DNA from: Balanoglossus misakiensis
Lineage: Eukaryota > Animalia > Hemichordata
Reading direction: 5' to 3'
NCBI GenBank assembly: GCA_040954595.2
Contig: CM082594.2
Location: forward strand, 394,208 to 458,207
DNA: 64,000 nt
A program made the position numbers and the translations under genes. Shown here piece after piece: positions 23,801 to 38,800 of the stretch; positions within the stretch are counted from its first letter, which is position 1, and the number at the start of each line of letters is the position of its first letter. The notes under the pieces were generated by a model. The model was not told the DNA's origin. It saw only the letters and a list, made by a program, of their open reading frames with translations, and searched no databases.

Positions 23801-26800
23801 CCGAAAATGAAGAAAAGAGTTAATTTTTTATGATTTTTTAAAAATCTACCGTTTTTGTCAAAATATGGCCAAAATGGCTATTTTTTCTTGAATTCCGTCA
23901 ATATCTCTGCATTTTTGGAGTGGTCGAAAGTTTTAACATACAATCAACATGTCATATATGATCAGGGCACCAAATTCGAAGAACAAAGGTTTTTTTTTTT
24001 TTTTTTTCTAAAAATGACATTTTCAAGGAAAATTTGGTAAAACGCAATTTTGTCTGCAGTGAGCCAAATTGGCCGTTTTTTTTGTGGAATTTGAATCGAT
24101 ATATGTATACGAAGAGCATTCTATACTCCATCAGATTTCCGAAAATGTAGAAAACAGGTATTTTTTGTAATTTTCAAAAATTTACCATTTTGACCGAATT
24201 GTGGCTAAAATTGTTATTTTCGTGTTGAATGCCGCCAGTGTCACTGCTTTTAAAAGTCATTAAAACTTTTAACACACAAGCAATTGTTTATATATGATCA
24301 GGTCACCGAATTTAAAGAATAAAGAATGTTTTCCCTAAAAATGACCTTTTTGGTGCAAAAACGAATAAAACGCAATTTTGTATTAAATCAGCTCATTCAG
24401 AGTGCATTTTTTATAATCAGCACCATTTTTACATATAATGGAAATTTCATACATCATCAGATATCCAAATATGAAAAAATGATTTAGATTTTAGATGATT
24501 GTCCAAAAGTAGCTGATATCTAATAAATGTAGTATTGAACCGTTCTGTTCCCCCCCCCCCCCTACATTACATGCGGTACGCCGATGTCAGCTTACCCGGC
24601 AGTACTGTAGGCCGTGCCCCCAACAAACGTCGGTGTTTGAAACGCCCTGGTTAAATTCGGGCTCTCTCTATAAATCGACAGGCAATAATGCAGTCCTACC
24701 GGAACAAATGTCAAGTGTTGAACCGCTGTGACTTTCCCTGTTCGGTTTGCCCGACTTAGCCAACGTCTTTGTACTAGAGTGACGGGTCTTTTGCAGAGCC
24801 AGGCCGAAGGAAATCCGACTTGATCACCGTTGCTAACGAACGCTAGTGTCTGTCATGGTGTGCCGGGGTTTTAGTCGAGCCAGGCCGTAGGAGATCTGAC
24901 TTGATCATCGTGGTCAATGTACGCGTGTTTCCGCTCTAAAGTGCAGGGGTTTCAGCTAAACCAGGCCGTAGGAAATCCGACGTAATCACCGTTGATAACT
25001 TACGCCAGTCTGTGTCATATAGAGCCGGTGCACCAGCCGAGTCACGCCGTAGGAAATCTGACTTGATCAACGTGGTCAATGTACGCCTGTTTCTGCTCTA
25101 GAGTGCCGGGGCTTCAGCTGAGCCAGGCCGTAGGAAACCCGACGTGATTACCGTTGTTAACTTACGCCAGTCTGTGTCCTACATATAGTGCCGGGGCATC
25201 AGCCGTGCCAGGCCGAAGGAAATGTGAGAAGATCAACGTGGTCTCTGTACGCGTGTTTCTGCTCTAGAGTGCCAGGGCTTTAGCTAAGCCATGCCGTAGG
25301 AAATCTGACTTGATCAAAGTTGCTAACGAACGCTAGTGTCTGTCATAGTGTGCCGGGGTTTTAGTCGAGCCAAGCCGTAGGAGATCAGACTTGATCAACG
25401 TGGTCTCTGTACGCGTGTTTCTGCTCTAGAGTGCCGGGGCTTTATCCAAGCCATGCCGTAGAAAATCTGACTTGATCACCGTTGCTAACGTACGCTAGTG
25501 TCTGTCATATTGTGACGGAGATTTAGCCGAGCCAGGTCGTAGAAAAATCGACTTGTTCAACGTTACCAGTGTGCAACTGTTTCTGCTCTAGAGTGTCAGG
25601 GTTTTAGCCGACTTATGCTGTAGGAAATCTGAGTTTATGAACGGGAATTCAATGTTAGAAAACCCGTGTGGAAAGTATCTCTACCCGTTTGAAACTATGA
25701 AAAGAATTTATTCTTATTTATTTTGTAAAAAAAGACAATTTTTCGAAAAAAAGTTGAAAATGGTAATTTTGTCTTGGGTGATTCAAATTATACCGCCTTT
25801 TCTGCAATTTGCAGCACTTTTTGCAAGAGAACGACACTTCATGCTCCATAATATTTCCGAAAATGAAGAAAAGAGTTAATTTTTTATAATTTTTCAAAAA
25901 TTTACCATTTTTGTCAAAATATGGCCAAAATGGCTATTTTTCTTGAATTCCGTCAATATCTCTGCATTTTTGGAGTGGTCGAGAGTTTTAACATACAATC
26001 AACATGTCATATATGATCAGGGCACCAAATTCGAAGAACAAAGGTTTTTTTTTTTTTTTTCTAAAAATGACATTTTCAAGGAAAATTTGGTAAAACGCAA
26101 TTTTGTCTGCAGTGAGCCAAATTAGACGGTCTTTTGTGGAATTTGTATCGATATATACATACGAAGAGCATTCTATACTCCATCAGATTTCCGAAAATGT
26201 AGAAAACAGGTATTTTTTGTAATTTTCAAAAATTTACCATTTTGACCAAATTGTGGCTAAAATTGTTATTTACGTGATGAATGCCGCCAGTGTCACTGCT
26301 TTTAAAAGTCATAAAAACTTTTAACATACAAGTAATTGTTTATATATGATCAGGTCACCGAATTAAAAATATAAAGAATGTTTTGCCTAAAAATGACCTT
26401 TTTGGTGCAAAAACGAATAAAACGCAATCTTGTATTAAATCAGCTCATTCAGAGTGCATTTTTTATAATCAGCACCATTTTTACATATATTGGAAATTTC
26501 ATACATCATCAGATATCCAAATATGAAAAAATGATTTAGATTTTAGATGATTGTCCAAAATTAGCTGATATCTAATAAATGTAGTATTGAACCGTTCTGT
26601 CCCCCCCCCTCCCCAACATTATATGCGGTACGCCGATGTCAGCTTACCCGGCAGTACTGCAGGCCGTGCCCCCAAATAACGTCGGTGTTTGAAACGCCCT
26701 GGTTAAATTCGGGCTTTCTCTATAAATTGACAGGCAATAATGCAGTCCTACCCGAACAAATGTCGAGTGTTGACCCGCTGTGACTTTCCCTCTTCGGTTT

Positions 26801-29800
26801 GCCCGACTTAGCCAATGTCTTTGTGCTAATGTGTCGGGTCTTTTGCAGAGCCAGGCCGAAGGAAATCCGACTTGATCACCGTTGCTAACGAACGCTAGTG
26901 TCTGTCATGGTGTGCCGGGGTTTTAGTCGAGCCAGGCCGTAGGAGATCTGACTTGATCATCGTGGTCAATGTACGCGTGTTTCCGCTCTAAAGTGCCGGG
27001 GCTTCAGCTAAACCATGCCGTAGGAAATCCGACGTAATCACCGTTGATAACTTACGCCAGTCTGTGTCATATAGAGCCGGTGCACCAGCCGAGTCACGCC
27101 GTAGGAAATCTTACTTGATCAACGTGGTCAATGTACGCCTGTTTCTGCTCTAGAGTGCCGGGGCTTCAGCTGAGCCAGGCCGTGGGAAACCCGACGTGAT
27201 TACCGTTGTTAACTTACGCCAGTTTGTGTCCTATATATAGTGCCGGGGCATCAGCCGTGCCAGGCCGAAGGAAATGTGAGTAGATCAACGTGGTCTCTGT
27301 ACGCGTGTTTCTCCTCTAGAGTGCCAGGGCTTTAGCCAAGCCATGCCGTAGGAAATCTGACTTGATCAACGTTGCTAACGAACGCTAATGTCTGTCATAG
27401 TGTGCCGGGGTTTTAGTCGAGCCAAGCCGTAGGAGATCAGACTTGATCAACGTGGTCTCTGTACGCGTGTTTCTGCTCTAGAGTGCCGGGGCTTTATCCA
27501 ACCCATGCCGTAGAAAATCTGACTTGATCACCGTTGCTAACGTACGCTAGTGTCTGTCATATTGTGACGGAGATTTAGCCGAGCCAGGCCGTAGAAAAAT
27601 CGACTTGTTCAACGTTACCAGTGTGCAACTGTTTCTGCTCTAGAGTGTCAGGGTTTTAGCCGACTTATGCTGTAGGAAATCTTAGTTGATGACGGGAATT
27701 CAATGTTAGAAAACCCGTGTGGAAAGTATCTCTACCCGTTTGAAACTAAGAAAAGAATTTATTCTTATTTATTTTGTAAAAAAGACAATTTTTCGAAAAA
27801 AAGTCGAAAAATTGCAATTTTGTCTTGGGTGATTCAAATTATGCCGCCTTTTCTGGAATTTGCAGCACTTTTTACAAGAGAACGACACTTCATGCTCCAT
27901 AATATTTCCGAAAATGAAGAAAAGAGTTTATTTTTTATGATTTTTTAAAAATGTACCATTTTGTCAAAATATGGCCAAAATGGCTATTTTTTCTTGAATT
28001 CCGTCAATATCTCTGCATTTTTGGAGTGGTCGAAAGTTTTAACATACAATCAACATGTCATATATGATCAGGGCACCAAATTCGAAGAACGAAGGTTTTT
28101 TTATTTTATTTTTCTAAAAATGACATTTTCAAGACAAATTTGGTAAAACGCAATTTTGTCTGCAGTGAGCCAAATTAGACGGTCTTTTGTGGAATTTGTA
28201 TCGATATATATATACGAAGAGCATTCTATACTCCATCAGATTTCCGAAAATGTAGAAAACAGGTATTTTTTGTAATTTTCAAAAATTTACCATTTTGACC
28301 AAATTGTGGTTAAAATTGTTATTTTCGTGTTGAATGCCGCCAGTGTCACTGCTTTTAAAAGTCATAAAAACTTTTAACATGCAAGCAATTGTTTATATAT
28401 GATCAGGTCACCGAATTAAAAATATAAAGAATGGTTTGCCTAAAAATGACCTTTTTGGTGCAAAAACGAATAAAACGCAATTTTGTATTAAATCAGTTCA
28501 TTCAGAGTGCATGTTTTATAATAAGCACCATTTTTACATATAATGGAAATTTCATACATCATCAGATATCCAAATATGAAAAAATGATTTAGATTTTAGA
28601 TGATTGTCCAAAATTAGCTGATATCTAATAAATGTAGTATTGAACCGTTCTGTCCCCCCCCCCCCTTACATTATATGCGGTACGCCGATGTCAGCTTACC
28701 CGGCAGTACTGTAGGCCGTGCCCCCAACAAACGTCGGTGTTTGAAACGCCCTGGTTAAATTCGGGCTCTCTCTATAAATTGACAGGCAATAATGCAGTCC
28801 TACCCGAACAAATGTCGAGTGTTGACCCGCTGTGACTTTCCCTCTTCGGTTTGCCCGACTTAGCCAACGTCTTTGTACTAATGTGTCGGGTCTTTTGCAG
28901 AGCCAGGCCGAAGGAAATCCGACTTGATCACCGTTGCTAACGAACGCTAGTGTCTGTCATGGTGTGCCGGGGTTTTAGAAGAGCCAGGCCGTAGGAGATC
29001 TGACTTGATCATCGTGGTCAATGTACGCGTGTTTCCGCTCTAAAGTGCCGGGGCTTCAGCTAAACCATGCCGTAGGAAATCCGACGTAATCACCGTTGAT
29101 AACTTACGCCAGTCTGTGTCATATAGAGCCGGTGCACCAGCCGAGTCACGCCGTAGGAAATCTGACTTGATCAACGTGGTCAATGTACGCCTGTTTCTGC
29201 TCTAGAGTGCCGGGGCTTCAGCTGAGCCAGGCCGTAGGAAACCCGACGTGATTACCGTTGTTAACTTACGCCAGTCTGTGTCCTATATATAGTGCCGGGG
29301 CATCAGCCGTGCCAGGCCGAAGGAAATGTGAGTAGATCAATGTGGTCTCTGTACGCGTGTTTCTGCTCTAGAGTGCCGGGGCTTTATCCAAGCCATGCCG
29401 TAGAAAATCTGACTTGATCACCGTTGCTAACGTACGATAGTGTCTGTCATAGTGTGCCGGGGTTTTAGTCGAGCCAAGCCGTAGGAGATCAGACTTGATC
29501 AACGTGGTCTCTGTACGCGTGTTTCTGCTCTAGAGTGCCGGGGCTTTATCCGAGCTATGCCGTAGAAAATCTGACTTGATCACCGTTGCTAACTTACGCT
29601 AGTGTCTGTCATATTGTGACGGAGATTTAGCCGAGCCAGGCCGTAGAAAAATCGACTTGTTCAACGTTACCAGTGTGCAACTGTTTCTGCTCTAGAGTGT
29701 CAGGGTTTTAGCCGACTTGTGCTGTAGGAAATCTGAGTTGATGAACGGGAATTCAATGTTAGAAAACCCGTGTGTAAAGTATCTCTACCCGTTTGAAACT

Positions 29801-32800
29801 AAGAAAAGAATTTATTCTTATTTATTTTGTGAAACAAGACAATTTTTCGAAAAAAAGTCGAAAATGGTAATTTTGTCTTGGGTGATTCAAATTATACCAC
29901 ATTTTCTGGAATTTGCAGCACTTTTTACAAGAGAACGACACTTCATGCTCCATAATATTTCCGAAAATGAAGAAAAGAGTTTATTTTTTATGATTTTTTA
30001 AAAATGTACCATTTTGTCAAAATATGGCCAAAATGGCTATTTTTTCTTGAATTCCGTCAATATCTCTGCATTTTTGGAGTGGTCGAAAGTTTTAACATAC
30101 AATCAACATGTCATATATGATCAGGGCACCAAATTCGAAGAACGAAGGTTTTTTTATTTTATTTTTCTAAAAATGACATTTTCAAGGAAAATTTGGTAAA
30201 ACGCAATTTTGTCTGCAGTGAGCCAAATTAGACGGTCTTTTGTGGAATTTGTATCGATATATATATACGAAGAGCATTCTATACTCCATCAGATTTCCGA
30301 AAATGTAGAAAACAGGTATTTTTTGTAATTTTCAAAAATTTACCATTTTGACCAAATTGTGGTTAAAATTGTTATTTTCGTGTTGAATGCCGCCAGTGTC
30401 ACTGCTTTTAAAAGTCATAAAAACTTTTAACATGCAAGCAATTGTTTATATATGATCAGGTCACCGAATTAAAAATATAAAGAATGGTTTGCCTAAAAAT
30501 GACCTTTTTGGTGCAAAAACGAATAAAACGCAATTTTGTATTAAATCAGTTCATTCAGAGTGCATGTTTTATAATAAGCACCATTTTTACATATAATGGA
30601 AATTTCATACATCATCAGATATCCAAATATGAAAAAATGATTTAGATTTTAGATGATTGTCCAAAATTAGCTGATATCTAATAAATGTAGTATTGAACCG
30701 TTCTGTCCCCCCCCCCCCTTACATTATATGCGGTACGCCGATGTCAGCTTACCCGGCAGTACTGTAGGCCGTGCCCCCAACAAACGTCGGTGTTTGAAAC
30801 GCCCTGGTTAAATTCGGGCTCTCTCTATAAATTGACAGGCAATAATGCAGTCCTACCCGAACAAATGTCGAGTGTTGACCCGCTGTGACTTTCCCTCTTC
30901 GGTTTGCCCGACTTAGCCAACGTCTTTGTACTAATGTGTCGGGTCTTTTGCAGAGCCAGGCCGAAGGAAATCCGACTTGATCACCGTTGCTAACGAACGC
31001 TAGTGTCTGTCATGGTGTGCCGGGGTTTTAGAAGAGCCAGGCCGTAGGAGATCTGACTTGATCATCGTGGTCAATGTACGCGTGTTTCCGCTCTAAAGTG
31101 CCGGGGCTTCAGCTAAACCATGCCGTAGGAAATCCGACGTAATCACCGTTGATAACTTACGCCAGTCTGTGTCATATAGAGCCGGTGCACCAGCCGAATC
31201 ACGCCGTAGGAAATCTGACTTGATCAACGTGGTCAATGTACGCCTGTTTCTGCTCTAGAGTGCCGGGGCTTCAGCTGAGCCAGGCCGTAGGAAACCCGAC
31301 GTGATTACCGTTGTTAACTTACGCCAGTCTGTGTCCTATATATAGTGCCGGGGCATCAGCCGTGCCAGGCCGAAGGAAATGTGAGTAGATCAACGTGGTC
31401 TCTGTACGCGTGTTTCTGCTCTAGAGTGCCGGGGCTTTATCCAAGCCATGCCGTAGAAAATCTGACTTGATCACCGTTGCTAACGTACGATAGTGTCTGT
31501 CATAGTGTGCCGGGGTTTTAGTCGAGCCAAGCCGTAGGAGATCAGACTTCATCAACGTGGTCTCTGTACGCGTGTTTCTGCTCTAGAGTGCCGGGGCTTT
31601 ATCCGAGCTATGCCGTAGAAAATCTGACTTGATCACCGTTGCTAACTTACGCTAGTGTCTGTCATATTGTGACGGAGATTTAGCCGAGCCAGGCCGTAGA
31701 AAAATCGACTTGTTCAACGTTACCAGTGTGCAACTGTTTCTGCTCTAGAGTGTCAGGGTTTTAGCCGACTTGTGCTGTAGGAAATCTGAGTTGATGAACG
31801 GGAATTCAATGTTAGAAAACCCGTGTGTAAAGTATCTCTACCCGTTTGAAACTAAGAAAAGAATTTATTCTTATTTATTTTGTGAAACAAGACAATTTTT
31901 CGAAAAAAAGTCGAAAATGGTAATTTTGTCTTGGGTGATTCAAATTATACCACATTTTCTGGAATTTGCAGCACTTTTTACAAGAGAACGACACTTCATG
32001 CTCCATAATATTTCCGAAAATGAAGAAAAGAGTTTATTTTTTATGATTTTTTAAAAATGTACCATTTTGTCAAAATATGGCCAAAATGGCTATTTTTTCT
32101 TGAATTCCGTCAATATCTCTGCATTTTTGGAGTGGTCGAAAGTTTTAACATACAATCAACATGTCATATATGATCAGGGCACCAAATTCGAAGAACGAAG
32201 GTTTTTTTATTTTATTTTTCTAAAAATGACATTTTCAAGGAAAATTTGGTAAAACGCAATTTTGTCTGCAGTGAGCCAAATTAGACGGTCTTTTGTGGAA
32301 TTTGTATCGATATATATATACGAAGAGCATTCTATACTCCATCAGATTTCCGAAAATGTAGAAAACAGGTATTTTTTGTAATTTTCAAAAATTTACCATT
32401 TTGACCAAATTGTGGTTAAAATTGTTATTTTCGTGTTGAATGCCGCCAGTGTCACTGCTTTTAAAAGTCATAAAAACTTTTAACATGCAAGCAATTGCTT
32501 ATATATGATCAGGCCACCGAATTAAAAAAATAAAGAATGTTTTGCCTAAAAATGACCTTTTTGGTGCAAAAACGATTAAAACGCAATTTTGTATTAAATC
32601 AGCTCATTCAGAGTGCATTTTTTATAATCAGCACCATTTTTACATATATTGGAAATTTCATACATCACCAGATATCCAAATATGAAAAAATGATTTAGAT
32701 TTTAGATGATTGTCCAAAATTAGCTGATATCTAATAAATGTAGTATTGAACCGTTCTGTCCCCCCCTACATTATATGCGGTACGCCGATGTCAGCTTACC

Positions 32801-35800
32801 CGGCAGTACTGCAGGCCGTGCCCCCAAATAACGTCGGTGTGTGAAACGCCCTGGTTAAATTCGGGCTTTCTCTATAAATTGACAGGCAATAATGCAGTCC
32901 TACCCGAACAAATGTCGAGTGTTGACCCGCTGTGACTTTCCCTCTTCGGTTTGCCCGACTTAGCCAACGTCTTTGTACTAATGTGTCGGGTCTTTTGCAG
33001 AGCCAGGCCGAAGGAAATCCGACTTGATCACCGTTGCTAACGAACGCTAGTGTCTGTCATGGTGTGCCGGGGTTTTAGAAGAGCCAGGCCGTAGGAGATC
33101 TGACTTGATCATCGTGGTCAATGTACGCGTGTTTCCGCTCTAAAGTGCCGGGGCTTCAGCTAAACCATGCCGTAGGAAATCCGACGTAATCACCGTTGAT
33201 AACTTACGCCAGTCTGTGTCATATAGAGCCGGTGCACCAGCCGAATCACGCCGTAGGAAATCTGACTTGATCAACGTGGTCAATGTACGCCTGTTTCTGC
33301 TCTAGAGTGCCGGGGCTTCAGCTGAGCCAGGCCGTAGGAAACCCGACGTGATTACCGTTGTTAACTTACGCCAGTCTGTGTCCTATATATAGTGCCGGGG
33401 CATCAGCCGTGCCAGGCCGAAGGAAATGTGAGTAGATCAACGTCGTCTCTGTACGCGTGTTTCTGCTCTAGAGTGCCGGGGCTTTATCCAAGCCATGCCG
33501 TAGAAAATCTGACTTGATCACCGTTGCTAACGTACGATAGTGTCTGTCATAGTGTGCCGGGGTTTTAGTCGAGCCAAGCCGTAGGAGATCAGACTTCATC
33601 AACGTGGTCTCTGTACGCGTGTTTCTGCTCTAGAGTGCCGGGGCTTTATCCGAGCTATGCCGTAGAAAATCTGACTTGATCACCGTTGCTAACTTACGCT
33701 AGTGTCTGTCATATTGTGACGGAGATTTAGCCGAGCCAGGCCGTAGAAAAATCGACTTGTTCAACGTTACCAGTGTGCAACTGTTTCTGCTCTAGAGTGT
33801 CAGGGTTTTAGCCGACTTGTGCTGTAGGAAATCTGAGTTGATGAACGGGAATTCAATGTTAGAAAACCCGTGTGTAAAGTATCTCTACCCGTTTGAAACT
33901 AAGAAAAGAATTTATTCTTATTTATTTTGTGAAACAAGACAATTTTTCGAAAAAAAGTCGAAAATGGTAATTTTGTCTTGGGTGATTCAAATTATACCAC
34001 ATTTTCTGGAATTTGCAGCACTTTTTACAAGAGAACGACACTTCATGCTCCATAATATTTCCGAAAATGAAGAAAAGAGTTTATTTTTTATGATTTTTTA
34101 AAAATGTACCATTTTGTCAAAATATGGCCAAAATGGCTATTTTTTCTTGAATTCCGTCAATATCTCTGCATTTTTGGAGTGGTCGAAAGTTTTAACATAC
34201 AATCAACATGTCATATATGATCAGGGCACCAAATTCGAAGAACGAAGGTTTTTTTATTTTATTTTTCTAAAAATGACATTTTCAAGGAAAATTTGGTAAA
34301 ACGCAATTTTGTCTGCAGTGAGCCAAATTAGACGGTCTTTTGTGGAATTTGTATCGATATATATATACGAAGAGCATTCTATACTCCATCAGATTTCCGA
34401 AAATGTAGAAAACAGGTATTTTTTGTAATTTTCAAAAATTTACCATTTTGACCAAATTGTGGTTAAAATTGTTATTTTCGTGTTGAATGCCGCCAGTGTC
34501 ACTGCTTTTAAAAGTCATAAAAACTTTTAACATGCAAGCAATTGCTTATATATGATCAGGCCACCGAATTAAAAAAATAAAGAATGTTTTGCCTAAAAAT
34601 GACCTTTTTGGTGCAAAAACGATTAAAACGCAATTTTGTATTAAATCAGCTCATTCAGAGTGCATTTTTTATAATCAGCACCATTTTTACATATATTGGA
34701 AATTTCATACATCACCAGATATCCAAATATGAAAAAATGATTTAGATTTTAGATGATTGTCCAAAATTAGCTGATATCTAATAAATGTAGTATTGAACCG
34801 TTCTGTCCCCCCCTACATTATATGCGGTACGCCGATGTCAGCTTACCCGGCAGTACTGCAGGCCGTGCCCCCAAATAACGTCGGTGTGTGAAACGCCCTG
34901 GTTAAATTCGGGCTTTCTCTATAAATTGACAGGCAATAATGCAGTCCTACCCGAACAAATGTCGAGTGTTGACCCGCTGTGACTTTCCCTCTTCGGTTTG
35001 CCCGACTTAGCCAACGTCTTTGTACTAATGTGTCGGGTCTTTTGCAGAGCCAGGCCGAAGGAAATCCGACTTGATCACCGTTGCTAACGAACGCTAGTGT
35101 CTGTCATGGTGTGCCGGGGTTTTAGTCGAGCCAGGCCGTAGGAGATCTGACTTGATCATCGTGGTCAATGTACGCGTGTTTCCGCTCTAAAGTGCCGGGG
35201 CTTCAGCTAAACCATGCCGTAGGAAATCCGACGTAATCACCGTTGATAACTTACGCCAGTCTGTGTCATATAGAGCCGGTGCACCAGCCGAATCACGCCG
35301 TAGGAAATCTGACTTGATCAACGTGGTCAATGTACGCCTGTTTCTGCTCTAGAGTGCCGGGGCTTCAGCTGAGCCAGGCCGTAGGAAACCCGACGTGATT
35401 ACCGTTGTTAACTTACGCCAGTCTGTGTCCTATATATAGTGCCGGGGCATCAGCCGTGCCAGGCCGAAGGAAATGTGAGTAGATCAACGTGGTCTCTGTA
35501 CGCGTGTTTCTCCTCTAGAGTGCCAGGGCTTTAGCCAAGCCATGCCGTAGGAAATCTGACTTGATCAACGTTGCTAACGAACGCTAATGTCTGTCAAAGT
35601 GTGCCGGGGTTTTAGTCGAGCCAAGCCGTAGGAGATCAGACTTGATCAACGTGGTCTCTGTACGCGTGTTTCTGCTCTAGAGTGCCGGGGCTTTATCCAA
35701 CCCATGCCGTAGAAAATCTGACTTGATCACCGTTGCTAACGTACGCTAGTGTCTGTCATATTGTGACGGAGATTTAGCCGAGCCAGGCCGTAGAAAAATC

Positions 35801-38800
35801 GACTTGTTCAACGTTACCAGTGTGCAACTGTTTCTGCTCTAGAGTGTCAGGGTTTTAGCCGACTTATGCTGTAGGAAATCTTAGTTGATGACGGGAATTC
35901 AATGTTAGAAAACCCGTGTGGAAAGTATCTCTACCCGTTTGAAACTAAGAAAAGAATTTATTCTTATTTATTTTGTAAAAAAGACAATTTTTCGAAAAAA
36001 AGTCGAAAAATTGCAATTTTGTCTTGGGTGATTCAAATTATACCGCCTTTTCTGGAATTTGCAGCACTTTTTACAAGAGAACGACACTTCATGCTCCATA
36101 ATATTTCCGAAAATGAAGAAAAGAGTTTATTTTTTATGATTTTTTAAAAATGTACCATTTTGTCAAAATATGGCCAAAATGGCTATTTTTTCTTGAATTC
36201 CGTCAATATCTCTGCATTTTTGGAGTGGTCGAAAGTTTTAACATACAATCAACATGTCATATATGATCAGGGCACCAAATTCGAAGAACGAAGGTTTTTT
36301 TATTTTATTTTTCTAAAAATTTCATTTTCAAGAAAAATTTGGTAAAACGCAATTTTGTCTGCAGTGAGCCAAATTAGACGGTCTTTTGTGGAATTTGTAT
36401 CGATATATATATACGAAGAGCATTCTATACTCCATCAGATTTCCGAAAATGTAGAAAACAGGTATTTTTTGTAATTTTCAAAAAATTACCATTTTGACCA
36501 AATTGTGGCTAAAATTGTTATTTTCGTGTTGAATGCCGCCAGTGTCACTGCTTTTAAAAGTCATAAAAACTTTTAACATACAAGCAATTGTTTATATATG
36601 ATCAGGTCACCGAATTAAAAATATAAAGAATGTTTTGCCTAAAAATGACCTTTTTGGTGCAAAAACGAATAAAACGCAATCTTGTATTAAATCAGTTCAT
36701 TCAGAGTGCATGTTTTATAATAAGCACCATTTTTACATATAATGGAAATTTCATACATCATCAGATATCCAAATATGAAAAAATGATTTAGATTTTAGAT
36801 GATTGTCCAAAATTAGCTGATATCTAATAAATGTAGTATTGAACCGTTCTGTCCCCCCCCCCCCCTTACATTATATGCGGTACGCCGATGTCAGCTTACC
36901 CGGCAGTACTGTAGGCCGTGCCCCCAACAAACGTCGGTGTTTGAAACGCCCTGGTTAAATTCGGGCTCTCTCTATAAATTGACAGGCAATAATGCAGTCC
37001 TACCCGAACAAATGTCGAGTGTTGACCCGCTGTGACTTTCCCTCTTCGGTTTGCCCGACTTAGCCAACGTCTTTGTACTAATGTGTCGGGTCTTTTGCAG
37101 AGCCAGGCCGAAGGAAATCCGACTTGATCACCGTTGCTAACGAACGCTAGTGTCTGTCATGGTGTGCCGGGGTTTTAGAAGAGCCAGGCCGTAGGAGATC
37201 TGACTTGATCATCGTGGTCAATGTACGCGTGTTTCCGCTCTAAAGTGCCGGGGCTTCAGCTAAACCATGCCGTAGGAAATCCGACGTAATCACCGTTGAT
37301 AACTTACGCCAGTCTGTGTCATATAGAGCCGGTGCACCAGCCGAATCACGCCGTAGGAAATCTGACTTGATCAACGTGGTCAATGTACGCCTGTTTCTGC
37401 TCTAGAGTGCCGGGGCTTCAGCTGAGCCAGGCCGTAGGAAACCCGACGTGATTACCGTTGTTAACTTACGCCAGTCTGTGTCCTATATATAGTGCCGGGG
37501 CATCAGCCGTGCCAGGCCGAAGGAAATGTGAGTAGATCAACGTGGTCTCTGTACGCGTGTTTCTGCTCTAGAGTGCCGGGGCTTTATCCAAGCCATGCCG
37601 TAGAAAATCTGACTTGATCACCGTTGCTAACGTACGATAGTGTCTGTCATAGTGTGCCGGGGTTTTAGTCGAGCCAAGCCGTAGGAGATCAGACTTCATC
37701 AACGTGGTCTCTGTACGCGTGTTTCTGCTCTAGAGTGCCGGGGCTTTATCCGAGCTATGCCGTAGAAAATCTGACTTGATCACCGTTGCTAACTTACGCT
37801 AGTGTCTGTCATATTGTGACGGAGATTTAGCCGAGCCAGGCCGTAGAAAAATCGACTTGTTCAACGTTACCAGTGTGCAACTGTTTCTGCTCTAGAGTGT
37901 CAGGGTTTTAGCCGACTTGTGCTGTAGGAAATCTGAGTTGATGAACGGGAATTCAATGTTAGAAAACCCGTGTGTAAAGTATCTCTACCCGTTTGAAACT
38001 AAGAAAAGAATTTATTCTTATTTATTTTGTGAAACAAGACAATTTTTCGAAAAAAAGTCGAAAATGGTAATTTTGTCTTGGGTGATTCAAATTATACCAC
38101 ATTTTCTGGAATTTGCAGCACTTTTTACAAGAGAACGACACTTCATGCTCCATAATATTTCCGAAAATGAAGAAAAGAGTTTATTTTTTATGATTTTTTA
38201 AAAATGTACCATTTTGTCAAAATATGGCCAAAATGGCTATTTTTTCTTGAATTCCGTCAATATCTCTGCATTTTTGGAGTGGTCGAAAGTTTTAACATAC
38301 AATCAACATGTCATATATGATCAGGGCACCAAATTCGAAGACCGAAGGTTTTTTTATTTTATTTTTCTAAAAATGACATTTTCAAGGAAAATTTGGTAAA
38401 ACGCAATTTTGTCTGCAGTGAGCCAAATTAGACGGTCTTTTGTGGAATTTGTATCGATATATATATACGAAGAGCATTCTATACTCCATCAGATTTCCGA
38501 AAATGTAGAAAACAGGTATTTTTTGTAATTTTCAAAAATTTACCATTTTGACCAAATTGTGGTTAAAATTGTTATTTTCGTGTTGAATGCCGCCAGTGTC
38601 ACTGCTTTTAAAAGTCATAAAAACTTTTAACATGCAAGCAATTGCTTATATATGATCAGGCCACCGAATTAAAAAAATAAAGAATGTTTTGCCTAAAAAT
38701 GACCTTTTTGGTGCAAAAACGATTAAAACGCAATTTTGTATTAAATCAGCTCATTCAGAGTGCATTTTTTATAATCAGCACCATTTTTACATATATTGGA

